The notes beneath the pieces are model-generated. The model was not told where the DNA came from. It made no database searches and was given only the letters and a program-made list of their open reading frames with translations. This document shows positions 38,744 to 52,013 of a stretch of 64,000 nucleotides of DNA, piece by piece. The stretch covers positions 28,150,001-28,214,000 of the forward strand of contig NW_024704742.1 in the NCBI RefSeq assembly GCF_018977255.1, given 5' to 3'. Numbering within the stretch: position 1 is the stretch's first letter; the number at the start of each line of letters is the position of its first letter. This DNA is from Callorhinchus milii (taxonomy: Eukaryota). The position numbers and the translations under genes are program-made.

Positions 38744-41397
38744 GGAAATGGACACGTGGGTGTATTTTAGTAAATTAGCTCCACATAGCTCACATTTTAG
38801 TGAGGGAAAATGGAAGAGATTAGCAAGTTTATGTATGCTTCAATTGTTTACAATAATAGTAATGGCAATTTTCCTTTAAGTTCAATCTTCACTAAGGTCT
38901 CTGAAGCAAAAAAGTTACATTAATTAGTAATGAATCAACTTTTGGCATGTATTTCTGAATGAGTGAACTATTTTATCTTCAATGAGATAGCAAATCATTG
39001 CCTAATCAAGTTTAACTTCAAATCCAGGGTACACTGAGTATACAGAAGAAAAGAACATGCATTTTTTATAACATAAGATCACATTAAAATGACCCAAGGT
39101 ATTTCACAGGCAATCAATGCCAAGTATAGTGACTATTTTTTCTGAAAGGGAATGCAGGAACCATTTGTGCCAGCAAGGTCTCACAGTCAATCATAGTAAA
39201 ATGGATTATTATTGAATGTATGCTTGTATGAGGACTACTTTGGGAAGTCATGTATGTTACTCAGGGCAGACTTTATAGTAACAGAAGGTCTGATCGGGTA
39301 GTAATAGTGGGCTGTACCTATAATTTGCTGGGGAATTGAGGAAAGAAGGCAAACTGAAGAATACCACCATAACCCTTGGACTTCAATCAACCTGCCAACC
39401 TTCAATTCCCAGGTACATTACAGATACAAAAAAACTTACATTTATATAGCGCTTTTCACATAGGGAGGATGGCTCGGATGGCTGTCCATTTTTATTTAAA
39501 TCTTGATCACGGACGCAAGTCGTAAATATTTTGACGAGCTCTCCCATAATGATGTTACAAAATATGTTTGATACACTAATGATGAAGGGGATTTATTTTG
39601 CACTTGATATTAATCTTTTCATCACATCCATAAGAACAGGCATTAAGGCTCTAGTATTTTAGTAGTCCGTAAGCACCGAATGGGACACACTGCCCAAATT
39701 TCAGCTGTTGAAAATGTTAGTGCCACAGTTTGCTCACCAAACCAATTAAGCTCAAAGAGCAGGTTTCCTGTCCAGTTTAACTTCCTCTCCTCGCATCCAC
39801 TTATGAATCTAGGAAAAAAACAATACTGAGGTGAGGACGGATTGTGGTGGAACAGAGAATTTTCCAACTGAAGGAGAAATATTATGTGGGATGGCCATGA
39901 AATGCTAAATATCGGAATTATTTGCTTATGAGGGACATTGACAACATGAGGAGGGAGGAAATCTATAAACTCTGTGGAAGAGTGAGACTGTCAACTTAAA
40001 ATTTAAGATTGAGTAGGACTGATGGCCTTTTTTTGTTGCTTCAGTCTCAATTTGAAAAAGTATTTTCAGTAGTTCTTTTTGAAAAGAAAGGAAAAATGGT
40101 TACAGAATGATGTTTTACAGGCTATCTCTATGTTGTGTGTCATTTCTCATGCATTCACTGTGCAAAATGACAATCTTACCATAAGATTTGTTTTCAATTG
40201 GGAAAACCATCATGTTAAAACAGCCTTTGGACAAGTTGGGGAGAACTTTATGGTGCTCACCCTACAAAATGGCCTGATATTGATAAATTGTAGCTTGTTA
40301 CATAACAAAGCAATCAAGAAGCCTGGAAATGTCCAATTAATATTCCTGCCAAATAAGCACTTGTAAACTAGAGAGGAACTGGGAACTAAGCCCCTGAATA
40401 ATTTGGAAGATGAGCACCATTCAGCAGACTGATCAATTGTTTCTGTCTTTATGTACATGTGAACCCAAAAACCATCTGCTTGCTGTTGACCTTATGTGGT
40501 GCTGTTGAAGACTGATGGGTATCACTGTAGCCTGGCCCAGAGACTTATTGTATATGTGTTGCTGCCTGTGTTGACACTGTCAACTAAGTGCTCTCAAATG
40601 TGATTGTTGCCCGTATTCATGGCCTGCAGCTGATCACTGGAACTGTAAGAAGATTCTTGCAATACTTCTGCTGATGCTTCTTGAGCTCTGATCATTATCT
40701 GCACCTCTAGCTAACCAAAGATGTCCATGAAAGTTGATCTTTGGGAATGTTCTATGATTCTCCCATTATGAATGATTGCCCGCAAATGTTGACTGACAAA
40801 ACTTTTCTGCTGCTAAATCTGAGTTCTTAAAGACCCAACAATTTGAAATTTGGTTCCCCTCTTAAATTACAACTTGCATTTATATAAAAATTACATGATA
40901 CGTTCATAGCATGGAAACAGGCCCAACTAGTCCATGCCATTGTTGATAGCCCACATGAGCCTCTACTTCTGCCTATATCTTATCCTTCTACTCCCCTTTC
41001 CCTCATGTATAAATCCAAAGTGTCTCACACGGTTATCTCAAATTGACATAACTCATCAATCATATCCAATTACTCATTGGACAATGTTTCCCATACCCTT
41101 TTATTGTACTCTACCTATTATGCAAAGGTACCATTCAACACTAGTGTACATGCCAATCAAAGATCATTTAGCCATCTGTCAATATCCCAAATTACTTTCA
41201 CATTAATTTGCTGTGCACATTGGCCTAACAACGTCACTGGACTCAACAGTAATTACTGTAAAGCACTTTGAGACATTTGAACACAATTAGGCACAATAAA
41301 ATGAAAGCGTTCTCTCTGTCCCTAATTCAGTCACACACACACCTAAAATCCATATCTACTGGAATTATTTTCTAAAATGAATACTGAATTTAAGAAT

Positions 41398-42818
41398 ATT
41401 TCACAATCCTGCTTGATCTCATATTTTAGGATAAAACAGTCTTGCTGGCTAAGTCTGGGTGGATTTTCCGGCCTCTTGCAGCTCAACAGCTCTCAAGATA
41501 GTAGAAGAATGACTGAGACTCCCTTAACAGCATGGGCTCAGTTTGGAGGTATTGATAGCTGCATCTGCAAGCCTGGATATAATCCAAGATCTAGTAGTGT
41601 TTAGCCTAATCTGACACTCAAGTCCAGTTGCAGAAGTGTACAGCTGGTTTGAAATGCCCCTGTGGATAGCACATCTATCTGAATATTGTAAATACCCTAA
41701 CAGGAAGCAACAGAGTTAAGGTTCCAAAGTTGTAATGAAGTTTGAACAAGTGAGAGTATCCTAAATCTGTTTTTGCAACTGTAAGGAGCTTCTTCCCCAA
41801 AGGAGCGACTGAATGTGGAGATTCTGAGATCTTGAAGAACGGAAGGTTACAAACTCTAAATGGCCACTACTTTGAAAGCAAATAACCCAATTCCCAGTAT
41901 TTAAGAGGCATTAAACAAGGGCAAGTTGGAGGGGAAGCTGACTACTTCCTGTAGGCATTGCAGGCTGGGTTGTAATAGATGAAGCAAACAAGATGCTTTA
42001 AGAATTAATTGGAGAGCAGGAGAGTCCTTTGTCAAAAAGAACTTGCAATCAAGTTAAAAGCCTAGCGATGATGTGAAAATATGGGAGGAATAGAAAAGAT
42101 AGGGCCCTTTAGCATTGAACAGAGATGTCTCATAAGCTCCTTCGAGATGTATATAAGTGAGAAAATAAACTCCAAACAATGCTTTCAAATATGCTAGAGC
42201 AGCAGAACAAGAGGGCACAGATTCAGTGAAGAAAAGGGCAATGGTAATATGTGTTTATCCAGAGGTAATTAATGACTTGAACAGGTTACCAGGAAAGATG
42301 GGTGAAATCAGATTCTAAAAACAAAAGCTTGATGCTGTTATAGAGTAGAGTGGGTATTCTGGACAGATGAGATCAAATAGGCCAAAGAAGCCTTCTTCCT
42401 TTGAATCAATATTTTGATCTTGTAATTAGAGAGTTTACTAAAGGACTTTGGAAACGTCTTACATGCGGATATCTATTTTAACCATCATTTCCTTTGTCCT
42501 GAAATTCCTGAACTATGTTCCAATGGATCCCATATTTTCGCATTCAGATAGATGTGCTATCCACAGGGGCATTTCAAACCAGCTGTACACTTCTACATCT
42601 GGATCTGAGTGTCAGGTTAGGCTAAATACTATTAGATCTTGGATTATATCCAGGTTTGCAGATGCAGCTATCAATACTTCCCATGCTATAAAGGGAGTCT
42701 CAATCATTTTTCTACTATCTTGAGAGCTGTTGAGCTGCAAGAGGCTGGAAAATCCACCCAGACTTAGCCAACAAGACTGGTTTGTCCCAAAATATAAGAT
42801 CAAGCAGGATTGTAAAAT
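41398..42818. repeat. Local inverted repeat, arms 41398-41684 and 42542-42818
   Basis: Manual alignment: about 20 substitutions over about 277 bp plus one 10-nt indel. Confidence 0.92.
42085..42425 (+). mobile_element. Old CR1-like 3' fragment inside the inverted-repeat spacer
   Basis: agaacaagagggcacagatt (RTRGH-like) and terminus shared with 35105-35262. Confidence 0.6.
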
Positions 42819-43479
42819 CTCCACAACGGTTTGTTTCTCTTCCAGCTCCAGCACCATCTTGTGTGGTGCTCCTCAGGGCTCTGTCCTTGGTCCCCTCCTC
42901 TTCAATATCTATGTGCTCCCTCTTGGTGATATCATCCGCAGACATGGGGTCAACTGCCACATGTATATGGATGGCACTCAACTCTAACTCTCTGCCTCCA
43001 CCCTTGACTCCAGGACCACTGCTGTCCTGACTGAATGTCTGTCAGATATCAAGTCCTGCATGAGAGCTAACTTTCTTCAGTTGAACATCAACAAGACCAA
43101 GGCTCTCCTGATTGGCTCCCATGAGCGCCTCCTCACCTCAGGCGCTGACAGCATCACCATCCATGGTTGCTCACTCCACCTTACTAAGCCAGTCCAGAAT
43201 CTTGGGTTCTGTTTGACCCTCAACCATCCTTTCTACCCCTAATCTGCGCCATGACCCGCTCTGCCTTCCCCCACTTCCGCAACATTGCCCGGCTCCAACA
43301 CTGTCTCACACCACAGGCCGCCCAAACCCTCATACACTTTTTCATTACATCGAGGCTTGTCTATGCAAACTCACTGCTTATCAGCCTCCCCAACTCCTTC
43401 CTCCAAAGGCTGCAGATCATCCAGAACTCTGCAGCCCATATCCTCTCCCACACCAGGCTCCGTGACCCTATTACTCCCA
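42817..43479 (+). mobile_element. L2 RT fragment
   Basis: [71 protein letters not shown]. Confidence 0.93.
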
Positions 43480-43714
43480 TATATCTACAAACTCAATTTT
43501 CTCCTGCACACATAATTTTTCTAACTATCTGTTGAAGTTAGTTGCCCTCAAATGCTTGCCATACTCCCAGATAATACGGTGAGTAACTCAGATACCACAA
43601 AGTTTTTCTTTAAAACTGTTCACCAGCCCTGTGTTTTGTTTATTTAGATGTTCAGACCATGTATCCATGTCATTATTTGCCAGGGGTAGCGGAAAGTGGG
43701 AGGTGACTGTAAGC

Positions 43715-44212
43715 ATGATCAAAAAGGAAGGTCTTTAGGCAGGATTTGAAAGTGGGGAGGGAGGGGGCAAGTTTGAGGGATTGAAGGTGTATGGAGTTTT
43801 GTGCAGGTGAGTATCCAGGCAGCAGAGTTTTGAATCAATTGGATTTTGTGTATGGTGTGGCTGTGGAAATCAGCAAGGAGGGCATTGGAATAGTCCAGTC
43901 AGGAGATGACAAAGGCGTGGACAAGGGTTTCGTCTGCATTGGTTGTGAGTTTCAGAGGAGGTGGGTAATATGACATACAGAGGTGGAAAAAAATTGTCCT
44001 GATCAGAGAATGGGTGTGTGGTAGAAAGGAAAGCTGGGGATCGAACCTGACGCCTAATTGACACATGGGGTCGGTGAGTCTGAGGGAGAGCCCGGGGAAG
44101 TTGAGGAGCTCAAACTCGCAGGAGACAAGACCGACATGAGCCAAAGTGTATGGTTTCCATCTTGCTGACATTCAGCAGCAAGAAATTTCCGCTCATCCCA
44201 GCCTTGATATTC
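43715..44212 (-). mobile_element. L2 fragment
   Basis: ADETLVHAFVIS...LDYSNALL, LGVRFDPQLSFLPH motifs on the minus strand. Confidence 0.85.
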
Positions 44213-45994
44213 ATGTCAAGTGTCATCATTTGCTTTTTTTCTAAAAACTCATCCTGGGTCTTAATACCTAATTAATTTTCTTCCCTCAAATAATCCAATA
44301 CTATTTACCTGTCTGATGTCTCCACATTGTAATCCTCAGTATTAGCTGCAAGCAGCTTTTGTTCCTTTTACATTTTTTCAAGTGTTTTATTTTATAGGCG
44401 TCTTTCAACAATCGTTTTAACTCAACCATTTTGCATTTGGAGCAGCTATATTTAGGGACTACTCTAATTTGTCCTCTGATTGGTATAACCATGACTTAAG
44501 TAAGTCTGCCACAGAATATCAGTGGATTATTTCTTGGCTGTGTGTGTGTGTGGATAAAAAGAACATTGTCTCTGAAGCTCCTAATTGAAACAGGTGTTAT
44601 TTGATATAAGATGCAATTTTAACTGAATTAAATAGAATAAATATTGTTTCTTGCTTGTCTTGAATAAGAAGAATGATTATTTGTTTCCGCTTATTATTTC
44701 CAGCGCCTTGGGTCGTCCTCCTGATGTGAGAAGCGCTATACAAATATAATTTTCTTGTTGTTGTTGTATTCTGTGAGGATTCTGCTAAATGGGCAGAAGT
44801 AGTGAGAGCCAAGACTGGATGGCCAAAAGGGAATTATAGACAGATGTTGATAGGAAAGTACTTTGAGATCTTGGCTAGTGCTATCCAGAGAGGTGGATAT
44901 GCCGTCTACAGGTAGACATATGTCCAACAGATTTGCTGAGTCCATTGGGGGAGAGGTTATGTATTGGTATGATCTATCATAGTCTAGTTGGAAGGCAACT
45001 TGTATTTATGTGTCAAGCTCATTACCGAATCTCTTCAGTGTAGATAGAATGTCTTCCAATTGCAGTGGGTTCACCTAAGTCAATGACCACACAGCTTTTA
45101 ACTCCAAGTGGTACATGTTCTGATCCATCATGCTTAGTGAGCACAAACTACAGCTCTCTGTAACTTGAAAGGAGTTGAAGCTGGGTTCATGGTATTCTTT
45201 GTAAAGGATACATTGTCTCATCCTCACTGCCCTGCCTCTCTACTCACCATTTTAGCCATGATTTCTGTCAATCTTGCTTATCTCAATCTTATGCTAGTGT
45301 GTAGAAAAATTACAATAACTTTAGTCACAAAGCTGAAAAAAATGCTCAATCCCCTGTAGTTTGTTACATCGAGAAAGGAGTTGTTTTTTTTCCCCTGGTG
45401 CCTAGGCCAACAGATAAAATTGATCATTCATCTCATGGCTGTTTGCGGAACATTGTTGTGCAGAAATTGGTTGTGCATTTTGCCTGCAAAACACAGTCAT
45501 TACATTTTATACCATATCCTGCGAAGCACTTTGAGATGCCCTTGCAACGTAAAAGATACTTCACCAAATGTAAGTATCATTGACTTACCATGTCAAAAGA
45601 GAAGAAAACTCTTCTTCCTATCTCATGACATTGAAGCCAGTTGTAATAGCCATTGCTGATTTTATTACTGAGCAGGCATTGAACCTGGGATCATCATAGT
45701 CTAATGGTCTAAAATAGAATATTCAGAAATTGGATTTGAATCACAAGTGTGTCATCTAGTTCACGAAGATGGAATTGCAAGACTGGCAAAAGGGTAATTC
45801 TCGAATCTCAAGTCAATAATGTTCACTACAAAATTGGTCATCAAATGGAACGGACTGTATTTTGCTTCTCATTTTTCTCACGCTCTGCTAGCTTGAGATG
45901 TATAATTTTGCAAATAGAGCGAAAACCCACAATCCAGCATTCTCAAAGCACAAGTTATAGTTAAGGACACAAATCCAGTTAGTGGATCTCACAT

Positions 45995-46197
45995 GTGAGA
46001 CTCTTTGACCGTGCCTTTTTCTCTTTGACCGTGCCCTCACCTCCCCTCTCAACTCTCTACCCCCTCCTCGCTCCCTCCCTTCCCTCCCCTCACCCTGACT
46101 ATTTCCCCCCTGCTCGGGTTCTGACCCAACAGCGCCTTGGGACGTACTCCCGACGTGAAAGGCGCTCAATAAATGGAGTCTTGTTGTTGTTGTTGTG
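45995..46197 (+). mobile_element. L2 3' terminus
   Basis: ctctttgaccgtgcc...cagcgccttgggacgtactcccgacgtgaaaggcgctcaataaatggagtc(ttg)n. Confidence 0.85.
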
Positions 46198-46204
46198 TGG
46201 CTCA

Positions 46205-46393
46205 AGACAATAATAAATAAAAATAATTTGGTCACTCAATCCACAATTGTTTGTGGGACACTGCTGTGCGTAATTGGCTGCATATTTCGCCCACAGAATA
46301 TACAGTCCATTCACTTTGCAGTATATTCTACAAAGAGCTTTGAGACGTCTCGAAGACATGATAAGGCACTATATCAAATGCAAGGATTATTAT
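46205..46393 (+). mobile_element. tRNA-SINE 3' half
   Basis: aataatttggtcactcaatccac...gggacactgctgtgcgtaattggctgc...gcaagg(att)n. Confidence 0.88.
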
Positions 46394-46742
46394 AAGACCA
46401 TTCATAAACAGCTTATCCATTGATCATTCAAAAGTGCCATCATACCCCTCTAAAAATAATATCTTGGAGATTCCTGAAATTATAAAGCATGAAGGCAAGT
46501 TGAAGTTGCTCTCCTTGCCACATCTATAAGTACTAAGTGGTTGTTTAGTGGAAGGGTTGGGTCAATGTTAGATTTAATTTTCCAACTTTTCAGGAACAGG
46601 AAAAAATGGCAGCTCCTATTAAAAGTATGGTCATTTTAATCATTCATTGATGAAGTAAATGGAGATAGTGCCTGTTTGGTTGTTATTAAATTGGTTCACT
46701 GATCTTGTGTTCCATTGCATACAGTCTAAGGCCATTCTACTA

Positions 46743-46921
46743 CAGTGAAACCTGTCTTCAACAATCTCTCAGGGGACCAGGCCAAAGTGTCCTTTCTAAA
46801 AGGGTGACCACGGAGGAAGGGTTTATCGGTGTGAGAATGCAAACTGAAGGGACTGTTCCAGGGTGTTTGTTAACAGTGGGTGGTTGCTGAAGAGAGTTGG
46901 TTGTTTGAACAGGTTTGGCTG
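46743..46921. mobile_element. Tc1/mariner-superfamily (Pogo/Tigger-like) MITE, 179 bp
   Basis: TA|cagtgaaacctgt...acaggtttggctg|TA: imperfect about 20-bp TIRs starting CAG, flanked by TA on both sides. Confidence 0.8.
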
Positions 46922-47139
46922 TACTGACTTTTTCTCATGTACCTTAGACTAGGGTATTGTCTACGTGGACATTTTTCTAATGAGTCAAGGGAAGTGAATT
47001 TTGGAAGACTTTTACTGTGCAAAGGGTCAGACAGTAAATGCATGTGCATATCCCAGCCAGCCTAATTCAGAGTCAGTGAAGACAAACTGAACTGATAATG
47101 ATCGAGGAACCAGCCTGTCAGTGCTCCTATTCAATACAG

Positions 47140-48414
47140 TCACACCTCACTCTCCACTCCCTACCCAAACCCCTCCAGTCCGGTTTCCGTCCAGCCCACA
47201 GCACAGAGACAATGCTCGTCAAAGTAACAAATTACAACCTCTCCCTCTGCCTCCTTGTCCTCATGGACCTCTCTGCTGCATTCGACACAGTCGGCCACGC
47301 CATCCTCCTCCACCATCTCTCCTCCCTCATCCACCTTAGTGGGACTACACTCACATGGTTCGAGTCCTACTTAAGCAACCGCCAGCAATTCATCTCAGCC
47401 AATGGTTTTTCCTCTCACCCCCGCTGGGTCAGTTGCCAGGTACCCCAATCCTCCATCCTTGGCCCCCTCTGCTCTCCCTGGATGATGTCATCCGCAGACA
47501 CGAGGTAAACTTCCACATGTATGCTGATGACACACTTCTCTTCCTCCAGCTGCGATTCCCAGTCCATTTATATTCTGTTAGCTTGTCTGAGAGACATCAA
47601 GGCATGGATGAGCATGAATTCCCTGCAGCTGAATGTTGACAAGGCGGAAGGCATACTCTTTGCGTCCCATCAAGATCTTCTCTCCTGCAGTTCAGATTTC
47701 CTCACCCTATACCCGATGTCTCCCCAACATTCACCGAACCCGTGCGCAACTTAGGCATCAGGTTCTATACCCAGCTATCCTTTGTACCCCACATCCAGTC
47801 CTTGGCCAGGACCGCTTTCCTCCACCTCCATCGTATTGCCCGTCTCCGACAATACCTCATTCCAAAAGCTGCCGAAATCCTGTCCATGCCTTCGTCACCT
47901 CCTGCCTCGACTACTCAAATGCCCTCCTCGCTGGTCTCTCCTGCTCCACTATTCACAAAATTCAACTAATTTAAAACTCCGCTGCCCGCATTCTCACCCG
48001 CACTAAACTATGTACCTCCATTAGCCCAGTCCTTGTTAAACTCCATTGGCTCTCTATCACAGAGCGGATCGATTTCAAGATCCTCACTCTTGTATTTAAA
48101 TTCCTTCATGCCTTGGCAACCTCTATCTCTCCAACCTACATTCTCCCTACACTACTGCCTGCTGCCTCCGCTTGACTGGCTCCGGCCTCCTCCTTGTCCC
48201 CCGGCCTTCAACCCCACCATAATAGGCCGTGCTTTCAGACACTACACCCCAAAGCAGTAGAACTCTCTACCTTTTCAGGTTGCGCTTGAAGACCTTCCTC
48301 TTCGACCGTGCCTTCCCCCTCCCCCTGACTTGTTATCGGGCTCCTCTACTGTTAAGCGCTCCGAGAAACCATGTGGCATGAAGGACGCTATATAAATGAA
48401 AGTCGTTGTTGTTG
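47140..48414 (+). mobile_element. L2 LINE 3' part (RT to tail)
   Basis: LQSGFRPAHSTETMLVKVTN, DLSAAFDTV, HMYADDT, HAFVTSCLDYSNALL; tail gacgctatataaatgaaagtc(gtt)n. Confidence 0.94.
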
Positions 48415-48949
48415 CTCTGATCTCTGTATATGCTGATGAAGAAGAGAAGACAAGGTTTGAATAAAATGTGAAGTTGATTTGTTTGCATGGATTTGGACAA
48501 CTGATTATGGAAGGCTGTCTGGGAATCAGCACCAAAGCTCGAATGACAAGCCACTATTAAAATATTTTGAAAATTAAGAATGAGCACAAACTTCTGAGCT
48601 TAAATTGGAATTGGGGGCTATTAAGATCCATGGCAAGCTTTAGGAATAGGTAGTAAAATGCTATGTATCAAAACAGATTTGATACAACTTTCACTAATTA
48701 GGGGGTCTCTTACGGAATGTCACTTTTTCATTCCACAGCAATGCTTTGATTGATCCTCAAAGTCAATCCCACTGACTATTGATTCCCACTGATGACTGTC
48801 TCCAGATCTACTCAATGGTACACATAGAGTGTCTTCCAACACCACAATTTGTTTTTCCGCTTTTCCCTTCCCTGGCACCTTTTAATCAGGGAGATTGTAG
48901 TGATTTCGGTCTCGGATATTCTCTTGCTCCCAGCCTCGAGAACATTGCC

Positions 48950-49113
48950 TTCAAATTTAAGATTATGATCATTTTGGGACATTCATAAATTCAGTGCTAT
49001 CCTGGAAGCCGGTTTTCCACTCTCNAAAAAAGATTGAACTGCAGAAAACCAGTTTAGAAATTAAGAGTGAAATTAAGAATTTTCCAAAAATGATTCCCAA
49101 TCTTAAGTTTTAA
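48950..49113. mobile_element. Palindromic MITE-like element
   Basis: Nested inverted blocks ttaagatt/aatcttaa, atcattttggga/ttccaaaaatgat, ggttttc/gaaaacc; an N at 49025 lies near the centre. Confidence 0.65.
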
Positions 49114-49989
49114 GAGAATGATCTTAAGGCTAAACGTGTGAGAATATTTAGGGCTCTGTACTTTGTAAAGCAGCGACATTTATGGTACCTTTTGTGGTGC
49201 AAAAGATTGTTGCATTTTCCTTCAAAAAATCTTTGCACCATAATGTCCATTTTCTGCTGAGTAACAGTTTTTCCTCCATTATTATAAATTTGCATGCTTT
49301 CATGCCATGATTTTCAGCTTCCAGCTTGTGTGAATTTGAAGACCGATGTTTTAAACATTCAATTTGCATTGTTAACATGAGTCATTAACATTAATAGGCA
49401 CTTCTCTGTAGTCTGATTGATGTGCGCAGAGGTGCCCATGTGTACCATAAAGCTAAAATACATGTTTTATGAGCAGAGTTTCAATGAAAGCACAGGCCAG
49501 TAAGCAGCCAGGCTTTTGCTTGCACTCGAAGGGGTAAAAAGTGTACCCAAGAGAAAAAGCATAACATGAAAAAACCCTTACAGGAATTCAATCAATCCTG
49601 ACATGATGTGATGCATATTAAAGCAAAAAAAGCTCCGTTCTCTGTTAGTGGTTAAATGAACATTGTGATCTGTTTGTTGATGCACTATGACATTCAGGGG
49701 ATTTTTTTCCAGCTGAAGGATTGACAGAATTGACAGACACCCATATCTCTTCAAATTGTTCATTTTGCCTTTCATCAAGAAAGTAATGCTTTCTCATCTC
49801 ATGTGTCAACTAATACATTTTGTGCATTACATAATACTTGGAGATTTTCTGTACTTCTGTGCCAACCTGACCTTTTTCTTATTCAACAAAAGTCCCAAAA
49901 GCAGCAATGTCATATTTTCAGCTGGGAGGATGAAACCATTATTTGCTTGACCTAGAGCTGTTAGATGCGGCTAGCAAAATGATTTTCAA

Positions 49990-50270
49990 GAGAAAATTAT
50001 CTTTAGTATCCTGATTGCTGTTTCCAAGACTGAACATCTCCCTAGCATATGTAAGTGGTCACAGCAGAGTAATTTGCATCTCCAGCATTTATCTTGAGAT
50101 GCTATTATTAATCTTCTCCATTTGTCTTGGTGTAAGAGAATCTCCGTGTTCCATTTTAAATGAATAGATGTGCATTGTCTCGGACCCATCAATCTGATCG
50201 TCTGTTTCTTTAGATAGCGCTGCCGTGCATTTACCTTTAACCTTTTTAGAACCATATGCTTCAGGAAGAA
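49990..50270 (-). mobile_element. L1-superfamily ORF2 C-terminal zinc-knuckle remnant
   Basis: DKCWRCKLLCCDHLHMLGRC fits the CxxC-x8-H-x4-C motif of L1/Tx1 ORF2. Confidence 0.5.
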
Positions 50271-50287
50271 TGGGGAGGGAACAAACA

Positions 50288-50385
50288 TAATAATAATAAT
50301 AATAATCCTTGCATTTGATATTGTGCCTTATCATTTCTTCTAGATGTCTCAAAGTGCTCCACAGAGTATACTGTAAAGTGAATTT
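50288..50385 (-). mobile_element. tRNA-SINE 3' tail fragment
   Basis: (taa)n tccttgcatttgatattgtgcc...gatgtctcaaagtgct. Confidence 0.85.
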
Positions 50386-50386
50386 A

Positions 50387-50970
50387 CCTCTACCCCGCTG
50401 CCAAGACCCTCATTCACACCATCATCACGTCCAGCATTTATTATTCAATGCACTGCTCACTTGATTACCCAGATCCTCTCTCCAAAACCTGCAGCCCATC
50501 CAGAACTCTGCACTCCATGGTCTCCCCCACACCAGGCTCCTTGAGCTTATCAACCCCATCCTTCCTCGGTTCCGCGTGCTTCCAAACCCCAAGCAGATCA
50601 AAGATTCTCATTCCCCGATTCAAATCCCTCCACAGCCTACATCCTTGACTCTATTTAAGGCTACCGACCCGGACGCTCCATTCATTCAGTGAACACCGGC
50701 CTCCTTTGTGTCTCCTGACTAATCCGCTCCACTATTTGTGTACATAACTTCAGTCATTATCACAATTTCTGGAATTCGATTGCGGATTCACTGAATCCTT
50801 CACACTTAAAAGTTCCACTTTACGACTACTATCTTCGACCATGCTTGTTCAACTAACCCCACCCCCCCAACCCCCCCACACCCCTCAACTCAGATGCCCA
50901 GTCAGTTGTGTGAAGCACTTTGAGATGTTCTCCTGAGGTGAAAAGCATTATATGAATGTGAATTATATTG
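50387..50970 (+). mobile_element. L2 3' fragment
   Basis: gccaagaccctcattcac...catccagaactctgc...tgtgaagcactttgagatg tail. Confidence 0.8.
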
Positions 50971-51319
50971 CATTGTGTTTGTTCAATGCTCCAGTCAATT
51001 CAGCTCTAACAGCCATCCCTTGCAAATCATTTTATATCCGAATAATCTTCTGGGAGAACTTCTTCTGATCATTTCCTTTTTACTCTCCAAGTCAAAAATT
51101 TAAATTCATGCCCTTTTATCCTTTAATCTCCTACCAGCGGAAAGAGTCATTCACAATTTATTCTCCCAAACCCTTTCATTGATTTAACTGTATTGTAACA
51201 TCCCTCAAACTTTCTGCTCCATTCAGTTAAAAAAAATTATCACAGATAACTTGATGCCATCATAAAATTTTGAATTTTTAAATATTAATAGGATGAGACT
51301 TTTTTTTAGATAACTTTAT

Positions 51320-51640
51320 AGTTTTGGACTTCTACCGGCACCCAAGACTGCCATGCACCTCCAATTGCAGTTGACCAGATATAGGGTAGACCTATTTATA
51401 TTGCCTTTATCGTCTTGCCAAAAGCATCGTAGCACAGTAAATGGAGTAGATCCTCGATTGGCGACTCCTTGGCAAGCTTAACTGTTCCACTAAATTCAAC
51501 AGCCTAATCCACCAACTTCATAATGGAACCATTGGTGGGATCCTTGCAGACAGACAAACGCCTACACCATTAACGGTGTCAAACAGGCTTGCATCCAAGC
51601 TCCAATTCTCTTTATTATATTCTTTCCTGCAGTGGTTATA
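51320..51640 (+). mobile_element. RTE-clade (BovB-like) LINE RT fragment
   Basis: Frameshifted PIYIAFI-LAKA...WRLLGKLNCSTKFNSLIHQLHNG...NGVKQACIQAPILFIIFF. Confidence 0.75.
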
Positions 51641-51819
51641 GACAAAAAAATGTTCTTTGTTGATTTGTACTTGTGCTCTTGTGCACACACACCATATATT
51701 TCACCAACATTCACAATCCTTCAGCAGATTATCAGCTTGACAATTATTTCGGTCATTCCAAGGCAGCCTCCCAGGGAACTAACTGATCATGTCAATTGGC
51801 GGATCACTTTTCCAGGGGT

Positions 51820-52013
51820 AATAATCCCTTAAAAAAAAATTAATCCCTCAATCCATGACTGTTTGTGGATCATTGCTGTGCGCAATTGACTGCCGTGTTT
51901 CACCCACAAAATATAGTCAATTCACTTTACAGTATATTCTGTGAAGCATTTTGAGCTGTCTCACAGACGTGCCAAGGCGCTATTTCAAATGTAAGAATTA
52001 TTTATTATTATTA
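51820..52013 (+). mobile_element. tRNA-SINE 3' half
   Basis: taataatccct...ctcaatccatgactgtttgtgg...gtgaagcattttgag...aaggcgctatttcaaatg. Confidence 0.85.

Noticed and set aside
44736..44945. Minus-strand NLLDICLPVDGISTSL resembling a Penelope RT segment
   Set aside because: Single weak motif; cannot be supported without a translated search
5818..45155. Shared catgcttagtgag...tacagct motif at about 5818 and 45129
   Set aside because: Too short to distinguish an ancient repeat from chance
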